A stretch of 64,000 bases of DNA from Patescibacteria group bacterium (GCA_041649475.1 JBAZNA010000001.1:750594-814593); one strand, 5' to 3'; positions 27,865 through 38,315 are shown, counted from the stretch's first letter. The notes: generated from the letters alone by a model not told the origin. Made by a program: numbers and translations.

Positions 27865-28593
27865 CTAGATTAATCCATTTTCACGCACATACTCTTCCAC
27901 TTCTTTGTATTTCTCCAAATCGTCCATGCATTTCGTATATTCACCGCATTCATAGCTGTAAAATTTCAAACCACGGTTAACAACATCCGGCATCAAATTT
28001 TTCCCGAGTTCATAGTAAGTATTAGCCGGAACAAATTTTAAAATTTCTTTTCTTAATATAAACACGCCCTTCATCCGATAAGCATTCATGTATTTTTCTG
28101 TGTGGGGTTTGGGATGAATCGCTTTGTAACAGCCATCAGGACCGACTTCAGCCACATCCGCGTCCTGGTAGTTCTCGGTTTTCTGCATTTTCTGCATACC
28201 GATAATATCCGGGTGTTTGGCAAACTCCGCTTCCATTTTGGAGTAATCCATCAAACTGAACATGTCTCCGTAAATGACAAAAAAAGTGTCATCCAGCTGT
28301 TTCTCAAAATCTTTTACCCCACCGGCGGTTCCCAAGGGTTCCTTTTCTATAAAATAATTTATTTTTACTCCCCATTTGGCTCCGTCGCCAAAATAATTCC
28401 GGACCACATCAGGAAGATAAAAAAGGTTGATAAAAAATTCGGTCACGCCATGTTTTTTAAACTGTTCAATATTCCATTCCAAAAGCGGCTTGCCGGAAAA
28501 AGGAATCATTGCTTTGGGCATAGTATCAGTGAGCGGCCTCATGCGAGTCCCCAAACCAGCACACAGAATAACGGCTTGTTTTATTTTTGACAT
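27865..28593 (-). CDS. Sugar-1-phosphate nucleotidyltransferase, HddC-like (D-glycero-alpha-D-manno-heptose-1-P guanylyltransferase)
   Basis: AVILCAGLGTRMRPLTDTMPKAMIPFSGKPLLEW is the NTP-transferase motif. It sits among the gmhA, hddA and gmhB homologues. Confidence 0.6.
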   Translation of the reverse strand: MSKIKQAVILCAGLGTRMRPLTDTMPKAMIPFSGKPLLEWNIEQFKKHGVTEFFINLFYLPDVVRNYFGDGAKWGVKINYFIEKEPLGTAGGVKDFEKQLDDTFFVIYGDMFSLMDYSKMEAEFAKHPDIIGMQKMQKTENYQDADVAEVGPDGCYKAIHPKPHTEKYMNAYRMKGVFILRKEILKFVPANTYYELGKNLMPDVVNRGLKFYSYECGEYTKCMDDLEKYKEVEEYVRENGLI

Positions 28594-29150
28594 ATTTTAA
28601 CGGCTTCCACCAAATTTTTTACGGTAAAATCCGGCTTCACATGTTGGTATTTCTGATCCAAACGCGCGTGACCCGGGCCAGTTTTCACCAAAATCGTTTT
28701 GAGGCCGGCTTTTTTGCCCGAAACTACATCTATAAGCGCGTCACCGATCATAAAACTCTTCTTCGGGTTTATTTTTAAATCCTTTAATCCTTTAAGGATC
28801 ATCCCCGGTTCCGGCTTACGGCAACGGCAGCGCAAACGATACTCTGGCAAATTCGCTTCCGGGTGGTGTGGACAATAATATATCCCGTCAATACGCGCTC
28901 CTTTGCCGTGCAAACGCCTGATTAGCACGCCATGGATTTCGTCAACTTCTTTTGGTCCGATGATACCGCGCGCAATCACCGGCTGATTAGTCACTACAAT
29001 TACGAAAAATCCTAGTTTGTTCAGTTTGCTAATTGCCCGCGCCGTACCAGGAAGAAGGCGCAGGTCTTTAACTTTATGCATTAAGTCAACCTGTCTGATA
29101 ATCGTTCCGTCCCGATCTAAAAATACCGCTTTATGGTCTCTTTTTTCCAT
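28581..29150 (-). CDS. gmhB: D-glycero-D-manno-heptose 1,7-bisphosphate phosphatase (HAD-IIIA)
   Basis: VFLDRDGTI (DxDxT) and the Zn-binding CPHHP...C.C.KP motif typical of GmhB. Confidence 0.75.
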   Translation of the reverse strand: MEKRDHKAVFLDRDGTIIRQVDLMHKVKDLRLLPGTARAISKLNKLGFFVIVVTNQPVIARGIIGPKEVDEIHGVLIRRLHGKGARIDGIYYCPHHPEANLPEYRLRCRCRKPEPGMILKGLKDLKINPKKSFMIGDALIDVVSGKKAGLKTILVKTGPGHARLDQKYQHVKPDFTVKNLVEAVKICQK

Positions 29151-29162
29151 AAAAGTACCGCC

Positions 29163-30089
29163 TTACGCATTGATAACATTCTTTTTAATGTAATCAATCT
29201 GGATTTTAAGGCCTTCTTCAATCGTGGTTTTCGGATTCCAGCCCAAACTCTTGAGCTTGGAACAGTCACCTAAATTTACCTGGGCCTCGCCCTCCAGATT
29301 ATCTTTATAGATCGGATCTAGATTTACCCCGGTTATATCCCTGATCATTTTATAAATTTCATTAATGGAGTAATTCACGCCACAACCGATATTAAAAACT
29401 TCGTTGTTGGCTCGGTCATCTTTCATCAAGAGCAGGTGTACGTCATTGACATCGTCAACATAAACAAAGTCGCGCCTCTTTTCACCATCTCCATAAATAA
29501 TTGGGTTCTCGCCGCGTAGAAGTTTGATTATGAGGGCGGACATAACCGGCGGAATCGTTCTCCTATAATCCTGTCTGGGGCCGTAGACATTAAAATAACG
29601 TACGGCCACGGTCTTTAAATTGCGAAACTTCTGGAAGCCCTGGGCATAAATATTGGTGGTCATCTTGCTAAGCGCGTAAAAGCTGTGCGGGTGCACGTCG
29701 GATTCCGGAGTTGGGTAAATTTCTGAACCCTCATACAGAGCCGAGGTTTCGGCATAAATGATTTTTTTGATTCCCGCCCTGGCACTAGCTTCAAATACAT
29801 TGACAGTGCCGGTGCTGTTATTATCACTGGCGTCTACCGGATCCTGTTGGCACTCGCTGACACTACTTTTAGCAGCCAGATGAAACACGTATTCAACGTC
29901 TTTAAATAACGGATAAATGTCTTTTGACCTTATATCCAATTTATGAAAATCAACACCTTCCGGAACCTGGGTTACAACCCCGGCGGAAAGGTTGTCTATA
30001 CCGATTACCTCATATCCCTCCTCAAGCAAACGAACTGCTAAGTTGCTTCCTATAAAACCGGCAATGCCTGTGATGAGAACTTTAGCCAT
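29163..30089 (-). CDS. NAD-dependent epimerase/dehydratase (candidate GDP-heptose modifying SDR)
   Basis: MAKVLITGIAGFIGSNLAVRLLEEGYEV and SFYALSKMTTNIY (YxxxK). Confidence 0.7.
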   Translation of the reverse strand: MAKVLITGIAGFIGSNLAVRLLEEGYEVIGIDNLSAGVVTQVPEGVDFHKLDIRSKDIYPLFKDVEYVFHLAAKSSVSECQQDPVDASDNNSTGTVNVFEASARAGIKKIIYAETSALYEGSEIYPTPESDVHPHSFYALSKMTTNIYAQGFQKFRNLKTVAVRYFNVYGPRQDYRRTIPPVMSALIIKLLRGENPIIYGDGEKRRDFVYVDDVNDVHLLLMKDDRANNEVFNIGCGVNYSINEIYKMIRDITGVNLDPIYKDNLEGEAQVNLGDCSKLKSLGWNPKTTIEEGLKIQIDYIKKNVINA

Positions 30090-30121
30090 ATTTGTATAAA
30101 ATTATATAAAAAGGTGCAGAT

Positions 30122-30151
30122 ATTATATACTATAGCACCCACACAACGCAA
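30122..30151 (-). promoter_or_regulatory. Candidate internal promoter (TTGCGT-18-TATAAT on the minus strand) in the 77-bp gap upstream of the SDR gene
   Basis: On the minus strand: TTGCGT (complement of 30146-30151), an 18-nt spacer, then TATAAT (complement of 30122-30127). This is the largest intergenic gap in the middle of the array. Confidence 0.25.
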
Positions 30152-30166
30152 GTTTAAAAATCGAGT

Positions 30167-30781
30167 CTAAACCTTAGAAGATTGCTGTTTCCGGCTCACC
30201 AAATGATCAAAATAATCCTGAAAATAAGTTGTCATCAAATGAAGAATAACCCCATGCGCGCCTTCTACGACTCCGTATTTTCCTTTTTCGGTCCGGACCA
30301 TAATCTTTGCGTCTGCCAATTCATTGAGTTTGCCGCCATCAAAACCCGATAACCCGATTACCGGCACATGGCGGCTCTTGGCCAATTCAACCGCTTTGAT
30401 AATATTAGCTGAATTTCCTGAACTGCTGATAGCTATAATGCAATCACCCTCCCTTAAATAGTTTTGCAAGGGACCGGAGAAGACCGTATCAAAGCCAACG
30501 TCATTGGCCCAAGCCGACATCTCTTCTTCGGTGGTGGGTAAACGTATGGCTTGAAACCTTTTGGAATGTAAATCCAAATTATGACTGAAAACAGTTTTAT
30601 TAAAATCACTCACCCAGTGAGTAGCCAAGGCCAGGGATCCCCCGTTGCCAAAAATATATATGCGTCCATCCCGTTCATAAACCGATTGCACTATATTGAT
30701 GGCCTTGGCAATTTCTTCCGAGGGCAAGGCCTTGAGGGCGTAATCAGTTTCGGAAATATATTTAGAGATGTAATCTTTCAT
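30167..30781 (-). CDS. gmhA: Phosphoheptose isomerase (SIS domain)
   Basis: IYIFGNGGSLALATHWVSDF...IAISSSGNSANIIKAVELAK...GLSGFDGGKL closely matches GmhA. Confidence 0.8.
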   Translation of the reverse strand: MKDYISKYISETDYALKALPSEEIAKAINIVQSVYERDGRIYIFGNGGSLALATHWVSDFNKTVFSHNLDLHSKRFQAIRLPTTEEEMSAWANDVGFDTVFSGPLQNYLREGDCIIAISSSGNSANIIKAVELAKSRHVPVIGLSGFDGGKLNELADAKIMVRTEKGKYGVVEGAHGVILHLMTTYFQDYFDHLVSRKQQSSKV

Positions 30782-30786
30782 AAAGA

Positions 30787-31794
30787 TTAAGATACATTAT
30801 CGCTGAACAGAATATCCGTTCCGGATTGAGTAAAATTAAACGGGATAGCCTGCGCTTCCGATAGATTATTTTCCGCGGCCAACTTTTTTAAACTGGCTTT
30901 AATCTGTTCGTGTTTATCGAGCGGTGCCAAAAACAACAGACATCCTCCCCCGCCCGCGCCCAGAATTTTTCCGCCCCAGGCGCCGTTTTTGATCCCGGTT
31001 TCATACATTACGTCAATTAACGAATTTGAAACCGCCGAAGCTAAACTCCTTTTGCGCAACCAGCCCTCGTGGAGCATCGCCGCCATGCCTTCCAGATCCC
31101 CGGCCATTAGTTTGTCACGAAAATCATAAACCGAATCGGACATTTTTTTGTATGTTTCAAAATTGCTCTCAATTTTTGTTTTCTGTTCTCCCAAAACAGA
31201 GGCAGCACTTCTGGTAATGCCGGTAAAAAATAAAATGAGATGATCTTCAAATTTCGCTCTCTTCTTATAATCCAATAAAATTGGCTCAATTGTTACCGTC
31301 TCATCGGAGTTGAATTGAAATATATTAAATCCGCCGAACGAGGCCGCGTATTGATCTTGTTTGCCGATCGGTTCTTTTAATAACTCGATTTCCAAACGGC
31401 AAGCGGCTTCGGCGGCTTCAATGCGGCTCATACTCTTGCCCAACAAATAGTTTAACCCTTTAACCAACGCGACAGAAAATCCGGACGAAGAACCCAAACC
31501 GGTTTTTGCGGGAATATCCGCGGAACTGGTAATTTCCAATCCGTGTTTAATGCCTAAATCCAACAGGATTCCCCGCGCCCGGTCATGTTTCAGTTCACTG
31601 GGATCAGCTACAATTTCAGTCGTATTATATTTCATTATAAATTTATTCAAAAGTCCCGTCGGATTTATTGACAGGTAAATAAATTTATTAATTGTTGTGG
31701 AAATGACCCTGCCCGGATATTTATGATAAAAATCCGGCAGATCCGTTCCTCCTCCCACAAAGCTAATACGTAGTGGCGCTCTGACTATAATCAT
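30787..31794 (-). CDS. hddA: GHMP-family sugar kinase, HddA-like D-glycero-D-manno-heptose-7-phosphate kinase
   Basis: MIIVRAPLRISFVGGGTDLPDFY (HddA N-terminus) and the GHMP motif PAKTGLGSSSGFSVA. Confidence 0.7.
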   Translation of the reverse strand: MIIVRAPLRISFVGGGTDLPDFYHKYPGRVISTTINKFIYLSINPTGLLNKFIMKYNTTEIVADPSELKHDRARGILLDLGIKHGLEITSSADIPAKTGLGSSSGFSVALVKGLNYLLGKSMSRIEAAEAACRLEIELLKEPIGKQDQYAASFGGFNIFQFNSDETVTIEPILLDYKKRAKFEDHLILFFTGITRSAASVLGEQKTKIESNFETYKKMSDSVYDFRDKLMAGDLEGMAAMLHEGWLRKRSLASAVSNSLIDVMYETGIKNGAWGGKILGAGGGGCLLFLAPLDKHEQIKASLKKLAAENNLSEAQAIPFNFTQSGTDILFSDNVS

Positions 31795-33149
31795 AAATAT
31801 TTTGATTTTCTTAAACCCAGCATGAATAACAAGGTTTTGGCTTTTCTTTTATATTTTGAATAAGACAATTCCACCCTTTCCAACGCCGAATTACAATACT
31901 CCTTTCCAAAAAGATTTGCAAGTCGTAAATAGTACTCACTAAACCAGCCCCTGATATCGTCCTCATCCGGGTAAAAGCGTAAATTTTTATAATAATTTAA
32001 GGCCTCTTCGGGCAAAGTATGATTCTTTTCCAAATAAAGTTCCAAGAATATTTTCTCAAGAGTTTTGATGCCAAACGACGCCTCGTATCTTTGGCGAACT
32101 TCATCAAAATTCTTTTCACCCATCTTCTTAATCAGTTCGGGATGCTGGCTTAAATAATCGACAGCATAGGCCATAGCGGTTCCGCTCCTTACCACATACC
32201 CGTTTTCACCATTTTTAATTTGTTCAACGAGTCCGTTATCTTTGGTGTGGGTTCTTCCCCACGTACGGCGCGGAAACGGTGTTGACATCACTATCGCCGG
32301 TTTTTTAAACAGCATAGCTTCAACGGTCGTCCCGCCAAAACATTCGCCGATCGGACTATCATGAACGTAAATATCAATGGATGAATAAAAAAGATCCAAA
32401 TCCTTATCCGAATCCGTGAGGCCCAACATGATCAGGTTGTCCTTCCTGCCGGACGCCTCCAGTAATTTTCTCTTTGACGGCGGAACCCCGTAAATTAAAA
32501 ACTTTATTCTCGGATTCATTTTGGACAATTTTTTCCACATTATCAGCATTTCGTCATCCCATTTTTCAATAACCGGCCTGGCGCTTCTGCCTATTACCGG
32601 ACAACCCGCTATCCCCATCCGATTTTTATACTCTTCAATTTCTGCCGCTGTCGGCAATTTAGACATGAAATTATTTGCGTCAACCAGACAATATACCGTC
32701 TTGAGTTCCTTAAAATTGAACGGTAGATTATTCTGGTCGCAATATTTTACCAGATTGGTCATGCTCACAAAAACGCGTTTGCCGCATCTGGTGCCAAAAT
32801 CTCCCTTGTCTACAACACTGAAAGTATTTAGTTCCATCAGTCCGATACTGGGTGGAAGCGCCTGCGCGATTTTGTCATGAAGCGATTCGTTTCGTCCGTG
32901 TCTGTGCGCATATATAATGTCAATTTTATTTTTTTTAACCATCTCGGCAATCTCTTTGGGATCGGACGAAAAAAATACTTTCTTGTCTCTCAAAAATTTT
33001 GACCTGGCGTCATCTACGGCGCTTAGGGAAATTATGTAATGCTCAAAAATATCCTTATTAAGGTATCTGTCAACTGTTATAACTTGTCTGGCAGTGCCGC
33101 CGATTCCCATGTCATTAATCAAGGAAGCGACTCTAATTTTATCAGTCAT
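31791..33149 (-). CDS. GT4-like (GT-B) glycosyltransferase
   Basis: N-terminus GIGGTARQV (GT4 N-domain Gly-rich loop); C-terminus ECFGGTTVEAMLFKKPAIV (E-x7-E-like). Confidence 0.5.
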   Translation of the reverse strand: MTDKIRVASLINDMGIGGTARQVITVDRYLNKDIFEHYIISLSAVDDARSKFLRDKKVFFSSDPKEIAEMVKKNKIDIIYAHRHGRNESLHDKIAQALPPSIGLMELNTFSVVDKGDFGTRCGKRVFVSMTNLVKYCDQNNLPFNFKELKTVYCLVDANNFMSKLPTAAEIEEYKNRMGIAGCPVIGRSARPVIEKWDDEMLIMWKKLSKMNPRIKFLIYGVPPSKRKLLEASGRKDNLIMLGLTDSDKDLDLFYSSIDIYVHDSPIGECFGGTTVEAMLFKKPAIVMSTPFPRRTWGRTHTKDNGLVEQIKNGENGYVVRSGTAMAYAVDYLSQHPELIKKMGEKNFDEVRQRYEASFGIKTLEKIFLELYLEKNHTLPEEALNYYKNLRFYPDEDDIRGWFSEYYLRLANLFGKEYCNSALERVELSYSKYKRKAKTLLFMLGLRKSKYL

Positions 33150-33165
33150 GTTACTACTTTACCTT

Positions 33166-35370
33166 TTACTTCTTTGCCCTGCAAACAGCCACCATGAAGC
33201 GTGATTTTTTAATATTATTGTCATCTTGATAAAAGACAATATCACTGGGCTCTAAAACCGGCTTTATCCGGTTTATGATCTTTAGTTTGATAGTATTGCT
33301 TGTTTTATAACTGATGATGTTTAGATGGCGCAGGCCGAGCAAAACAGGATTTAATATCTTCCAGAACCAGCGATCATTATATACAGGCGTGCTTTGGCCA
33401 TAAAATTTTTCAATAACAAAAAATTCGCTAAGCGCGCTTTTAAATTCATCAACTGCCATCTCAAAAACATGATAAGGGTTGTTGGGTTTTTGGCCGGCTG
33501 CCGTACCCGGTGAATAAATTTCCCTATTTGGAGTTGAAATGTAAACTAGACCGTCATTTCTTACGACTCTTTTTATCTCCGACAAAAACTTTCGCCAATC
33601 CTGAACATGTTCAAATACCTCAAAAGCCGCCGCGACATCAAAAAAATTATCTGCAAAGGGAATACCTGTGCCGGACCCGCAGGAAAATTCTACATTGGGA
33701 GCGGACCAATTTTCTTTAGCATAACTGATAGCTTCAGCGGAAACATCAACACCGTATATTTTTTTGAATTTTTTGGATAATTCATGACTGCCATGTCCGG
33801 AGCCGCAGCCAATATCCAAAACAGTGCTCTCCGGGTTGCCGGAAACCAAATTATAGCGCGCCAAATGTTCAACTAAATTATTCCGGGATAAATTGCTTTT
33901 GGAATCCAATCTCTCTCCGCCGAATCTATTTCCTTCCGCTTTATTTTGTTTTGCAATATTATCTTTGGGTTTCACCCGGCAATACTTCAAAAGAAATTCC
34001 AGTATAAATTTCTCAACGCCAAAATATTTGAAATAACGCTTCCGCCATCTGATGTCGCATAGTTTTTCAAACGGTTTGACTAACCAACGCCTCATTCCGG
34101 GAAAATTGATGTCTGTTTTGGAGCCCGGCTTTTGGTGGAAATGAAAACCGGCAATATGATATACGCTTTGCATTTCGTTTGACCCGGAATTGCTGACCGT
34201 AAAATTTTCCCACTCGCTCATTCTTTCAGGCACTCTCATCCCGTGGGCTACTGCCACCGAATGCAATGTGATTCCCGGAAAAGGCGTGAAATTATATATG
34301 GGTATATTGCAATTTCCTTTGTGAATCTCATACAATTGGTCGGCAAAAGCGAAGGTTTCATTCCTCTCTGCAAGCGTTTCCGTGGGAAAACCAATAATCA
34401 AATAATATCTCGGCCTGATGTTTGAATTTTCAGATAAACATTTGGCCGCATGCAGTATGTCTTCTTTGGTTTCTGCCTTATTGATGAACTTCATTAATCT
34501 TTCACTTCCGGTTTCCACTCCCATGGCAATATCGGTAACTCCCAGTTCTGATAATTTTCTGGCAAATTCAGGTCCGTTGACTTTAAAATTATCAGCTCGA
34601 AAAGAGGGATGCCATTTAATATTTCGCTCTTTTAAAATTTTACCGACTTCCAATATTCTTGATTCCCGGCCTAAGTAATCATCTCCGATTTGTATCCATT
34701 TTATTTGCATGTGCGACAAAAGCACGTCCAGCCACTGCGCCCAAAGCTGCAAATCTAACATTCTGTATTTTTTATCCTTATCAGTGCTGTTAACGCAAAA
34801 ACCGCAACTATACGGACACCCTCTTGATGAGGGAAACATTATGTCACTCGTTTGGTTGGCGAGCTTAAATAATCTTAGAGTTTTATCTGTGATCGGGCAA
34901 ACAAAATCAACCGCATCCAGTTTACCTGCCGGTATATATTTTACATCCCGGCCCACGATGCCTTTGGGAATAATATTTCTATCCTGAAAAAAAGCTAAAA
35001 AACTCGGCAGGGTTATTTCACCTTCCCCCACGGCAACATAATCTATAAAATCTTCTTTTATGCACTGCTCCGGCATAAGAGAAGCATGGACTCCGCCAAA
35101 AATGGTGGTTTTATTATTTTCCTTCGCCAATTTTAAAATCTCCGCCGCGTACTTCAATTGTATACCGGTAAAACTTGAGACCCCGACAACATCAGACCAT
35201 TTAATCAACTCAAGAAGTTTTTCCTTTGAATCCCAGCGCTCATCCCAATATTCCACTTCATATCCCGCCTTTTCGGCCGCCGCGCCCGTATAAATAATAC
35301 TTAGAGGACTATTTTTTTGCGGGGATGACTCCGTAGGGGTTGGCTGACATAATAAAACCTTCGGCTTCAT
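33166..35370 (-). CDS. B12-binding radical-SAM enzyme fused to a C-terminal class I SAM methyltransferase domain
   Basis: N-terminal cobalamin-binding Rossmann segment; CxxxCxxC as SSRGCPYSCGFCVNS; C-terminal VLDIGCGSGHGSHEL...IYGVDVS (motif I/II). Confidence 0.75.
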   Translation of the reverse strand: MKPKVLLCQPTPTESSPQKNSPLSIIYTGAAAEKAGYEVEYWDERWDSKEKLLELIKWSDVVGVSSFTGIQLKYAAEILKLAKENNKTTIFGGVHASLMPEQCIKEDFIDYVAVGEGEITLPSFLAFFQDRNIIPKGIVGRDVKYIPAGKLDAVDFVCPITDKTLRLFKLANQTSDIMFPSSRGCPYSCGFCVNSTDKDKKYRMLDLQLWAQWLDVLLSHMQIKWIQIGDDYLGRESRILEVGKILKERNIKWHPSFRADNFKVNGPEFARKLSELGVTDIAMGVETGSERLMKFINKAETKEDILHAAKCLSENSNIRPRYYLIIGFPTETLAERNETFAFADQLYEIHKGNCNIPIYNFTPFPGITLHSVAVAHGMRVPERMSEWENFTVSNSGSNEMQSVYHIAGFHFHQKPGSKTDINFPGMRRWLVKPFEKLCDIRWRKRYFKYFGVEKFILEFLLKYCRVKPKDNIAKQNKAEGNRFGGERLDSKSNLSRNNLVEHLARYNLVSGNPESTVLDIGCGSGHGSHELSKKFKKIYGVDVSAEAISYAKENWSAPNVEFSCGSGTGIPFADNFFDVAAAFEVFEHVQDWRKFLSEIKRVVRNDGLVYISTPNREIYSPGTAAGQKPNNPYHVFEMAVDEFKSALSEFFVIEKFYGQSTPVYNDRWFWKILNPVLLGLRHLNIISYKTSNTIKLKIINRIKPVLEPSDIVFYQDDNNIKKSRFMVAVCRAKK

Positions 35371-36149
35371 AGCAATTTATGAAAAATTAGCGCTATAAAA
35401 TTTACAAATGACGTGATAAAATTCATTCTATAAATATTGGCATTTCCAAACACTTCCGGAACTGGCTCGTTGATTTTAGCTCCAATTACAAAAAATGTCA
35501 ACCTCCGCTTAGCTCTTCGGTTGCCGCCGGAGCTGTAGTCATTATCATCGGTGGAAGACCGACGCAAATGGGTCACGTGCCAGTATCGGTTGGTCATAAA
35601 ACGACTGTTTTCTTTTTGACAAAATTCTTTATTATCTTTATCCAACAAAGTATCCTGGTTATAAACGCCCTGCCAGTGCAAGCCGGGTGCGATCTTAATA
35701 AACCTGGGATAATGAAAATCGGTTTTGCCCAAAATGGTTATACTCCGCTTGCCGGCATAGACATGATAAATATCTCCGACGCATAAATAAAAAGGCGCGA
35801 TCAGACACTCTAAACTTCCGTCTAGGGCGATGGCTTTCGTTGCTTCGGCCATTGCCTTTTTTGTCCAAATTTCGTCGCCGTCTAAAATCATAAACCAGTC
35901 CGTCTTAGTTCGCTCAATCATTTCCTGTCGCAAAAGGGTATGTCTGTTCCCGTCAGCCGGACCCTTTTCCTCAAAAATAATTTTACCCGGATACTCGGCC
36001 ATTAGCTTCTGAATTAATTCCACGGTCTTGTCGGTTGAACCGGTATCAAAAACAATCACGCGGTCAACAAAATCAATCACGGATTTGATGGTGTAATAAA
36101 CAAAATTTTCTTCATTTTTAACCAGGCAATGGGCGGTAACAGTGTTCAT
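35367..36149 (-). CDS. Family 2 glycosyltransferase-like
   Basis: TAHCLVKNEENFVYYTIKSV...VIVFDTGSTDKT. Confidence 0.55.
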   Translation of the reverse strand: MNTVTAHCLVKNEENFVYYTIKSVIDFVDRVIVFDTGSTDKTVELIQKLMAEYPGKIIFEEKGPADGNRHTLLRQEMIERTKTDWFMILDGDEIWTKKAMAEATKAIALDGSLECLIAPFYLCVGDIYHVYAGKRSITILGKTDFHYPRFIKIAPGLHWQGVYNQDTLLDKDNKEFCQKENSRFMTNRYWHVTHLRRSSTDDNDYSSGGNRRAKRRLTFFVIGAKINEPVPEVFGNANIYRMNFITSFVNFIALIFHKLL

Positions 36150-37009
36150 AAATGCTTATTATTATCATCAACTACTATATAGTGATATTTTTCACGCATT
36201 CTTTTATTGCCAAACCAACGCCGATAATATTTTTTTAAAAAATCATAAACACCGATGGCGGATAAAACATTTTTAAAAAAACGAAACACTACAAAATATA
36301 CCAATCCTTGCAAATTATAAAGGTCCGTTTTCAGGCCCGGGAAATACTTTCTCGAAATAAGCCAATTCTCTTTCCTGGCGATCAGCCAATGTTTGGCTGA
36401 ATATCCTTGAGCACCGGTTTCAAACACAACCACGTTAATTTTTATAAATTTGTAACCACTGGCTATGCATTTCAGAACAAAATCACCGTCGCCAGAGACC
36501 TTATAACGGGTGTCAAATTTATATTTTTTTATTATTTCCGCTTTTACAAAAAGCGTTTCAAAAATCAATTTCATCCCCTTCCAGGCCTCTTTATTAACAT
36601 CTTCGTGGGCTTCAATCCTGGCCATGCGCCCATTAACATAGCCCACCGCGCTCCCATATACTCCATCGGCATCTATTTTTTTTCCGGCGAATATATCTGC
36701 CAATACGGTATGATTATAAAGGTAATCACCGGAAGTTAAAATTTCCACCCAGTCCCCGGTGACAAAAGATACCGCTTTATTTAAAGCATAATACAGTCCG
36801 TCATCAGGTTCGCTGACTAACACGGCAATGTCTTTCTCGTATTTTTTAATGATTTCCAAAGTACCGTCAGTGGACCCGCCGTCAATAATAATATACTCAA
36901 CATTTTTATAGGTCTGATTTAAGACGCTTAAAATCGTTTTCTCTATATGAGCAACATCATTTCTGACTATCGTAATAATACTTATTTTGGGTGCAAAAAT
37001 TTCGTCCAT
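36146..37009 (-). CDS. Family 2 glycosyltransferase
   Basis: ISIITIVRNDVAHIEKTILSVLNQTYKNVEYIIIDGGSTDGT. Confidence 0.75.
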   Translation of the reverse strand: MDEIFAPKISIITIVRNDVAHIEKTILSVLNQTYKNVEYIIIDGGSTDGTLEIIKKYEKDIAVLVSEPDDGLYYALNKAVSFVTGDWVEILTSGDYLYNHTVLADIFAGKKIDADGVYGSAVGYVNGRMARIEAHEDVNKEAWKGMKLIFETLFVKAEIIKKYKFDTRYKVSGDGDFVLKCIASGYKFIKINVVVFETGAQGYSAKHWLIARKENWLISRKYFPGLKTDLYNLQGLVYFVVFRFFKNVLSAIGVYDFLKKYYRRWFGNKRMREKYHYIVVDDNNKHL

Positions 37010-37012
37010 ATT

Positions 37013-38314
37013 TTATGCGATATTAAAATCTTTTTTCTTTAATAAATATAAAGCCCACACTAAATTCCACAAAAACAGCATGACACTGCTAAAGGCAAAC
37101 GTATAAGCCGCCCCCATAATCCCATACCGAGGAATGAAAATAAAATTGCCAACCACATTGACTAATAGTTGCGCAAAAATGAAAATGGTTGAGATGTGGG
37201 TTTTATTAAAAACAGTAATGACAAGAGAAAAGGGAATGGCCAAAACATTGAGCAGAGTGCTATAAGATAATATAACATAAAGCGGCATGGCCGCATCATA
37301 TTTCTGCCCAAAAAATAAACCGATTAAAAACTGAGACGGGTATACCAAAATTGCGATTCCTATTGTCCCAACCAGCACCCACTTAAATGCTCTTCTAACA
37401 AAAGCGACCAGTTCTATTTTATTTTTTAAACTGCTAATTTTGGGCATCAAAACAGAAGAAATGGAACCGGAAATGATCGGAAAAAACTGGAGCAATTGCC
37501 AGGCAACGGTGAAAACTGCCACCTCCACCAACCCTAGATAATGACTGATCATAATTTGATCAACCCGGCTGGAAAAAATAGCTACTAACGAAGTAATGGT
37601 GAGCCAAAAGCTAAACCGAGCTAATTGTGAATTTAATTTTTGTTTAACCTCTTGGTCAATCTCCACTTTTCTAAAATTTTTCGGTAAAACTTTAAAGTTT
37701 ACAATAAACAAAATCCAGGGAATAAAAATATAAACTGACAGATACGCAAAAACATTCTTCACGCCGAAAGCTAAAAGTGCTAGGGCTACGGCCAAACGTA
37801 AAAAACCTTTGAGCGATTGCACAGAGGCATTATATAAAAATCTTTGCTTGGCCTGTAAAAAAGTTGCCAAAAAACCCAACAAAATCACACCACCGATACC
37901 CAGAGAAGCATAGGTCAGATAAGGACCAACCTTAATTTGACCATATACATATTTAGCTATCGGATACGCAAAAATTAATCCGCCAAGGGTAAGCACCCAG
38001 GTCAGTGTCACTCGCCAGCGCCAAATTGTTTTAACCAGTTGTTTTAACTTGTCTGTCTGGTCCGTCGCTATATAATATGGCGCAAATCTTAAGAGCCCGG
38101 CGTTTAATCCAAAGTCAGACATTTCCGCGACTACGCTTAGCGCCGCAACCGCAAGGGAAAAAATTCCAAAAAGCTCCTGATTTAAAGATCTTGCCAAAGC
38201 TATATTAAGCACAAATAAAGACAGCCCGTTTATCAGCGAACCGGTCATCACATAGCCGGTCTGATGCAGGGCTTTTTTTCTGACTATCAATTTTAACCGC
38301 TCCATGATTTGCAT
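37013..38314 (-). CDS. wzx: Wzx-type oligosaccharide flippase (MOP superfamily polysaccharide biosynthesis protein)
   Basis: 433 aa with about 12 TM segments; the N-terminal ...GSLINGLSLFVLNIALARSL... pattern is typical of Wzx/RfbX. Confidence 0.65.
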   Translation of the reverse strand: MQIMERLKLIVRKKALHQTGYVMTGSLINGLSLFVLNIALARSLNQELFGIFSLAVAALSVVAEMSDFGLNAGLLRFAPYYIATDQTDKLKQLVKTIWRWRVTLTWVLTLGGLIFAYPIAKYVYGQIKVGPYLTYASLGIGGVILLGFLATFLQAKQRFLYNASVQSLKGFLRLAVALALLAFGVKNVFAYLSVYIFIPWILFIVNFKVLPKNFRKVEIDQEVKQKLNSQLARFSFWLTITSLVAIFSSRVDQIMISHYLGLVEVAVFTVAWQLLQFFPIISGSISSVLMPKISSLKNKIELVAFVRRAFKWVLVGTIGIAILVYPSQFLIGLFFGQKYDAAMPLYVILSYSTLLNVLAIPFSLVITVFNKTHISTIFIFAQLLVNVVGNFIFIPRYGIMGAAYTFAFSSVMLFLWNLVWALYLLKKKDFNIA

Positions 38315-38315
38315 A

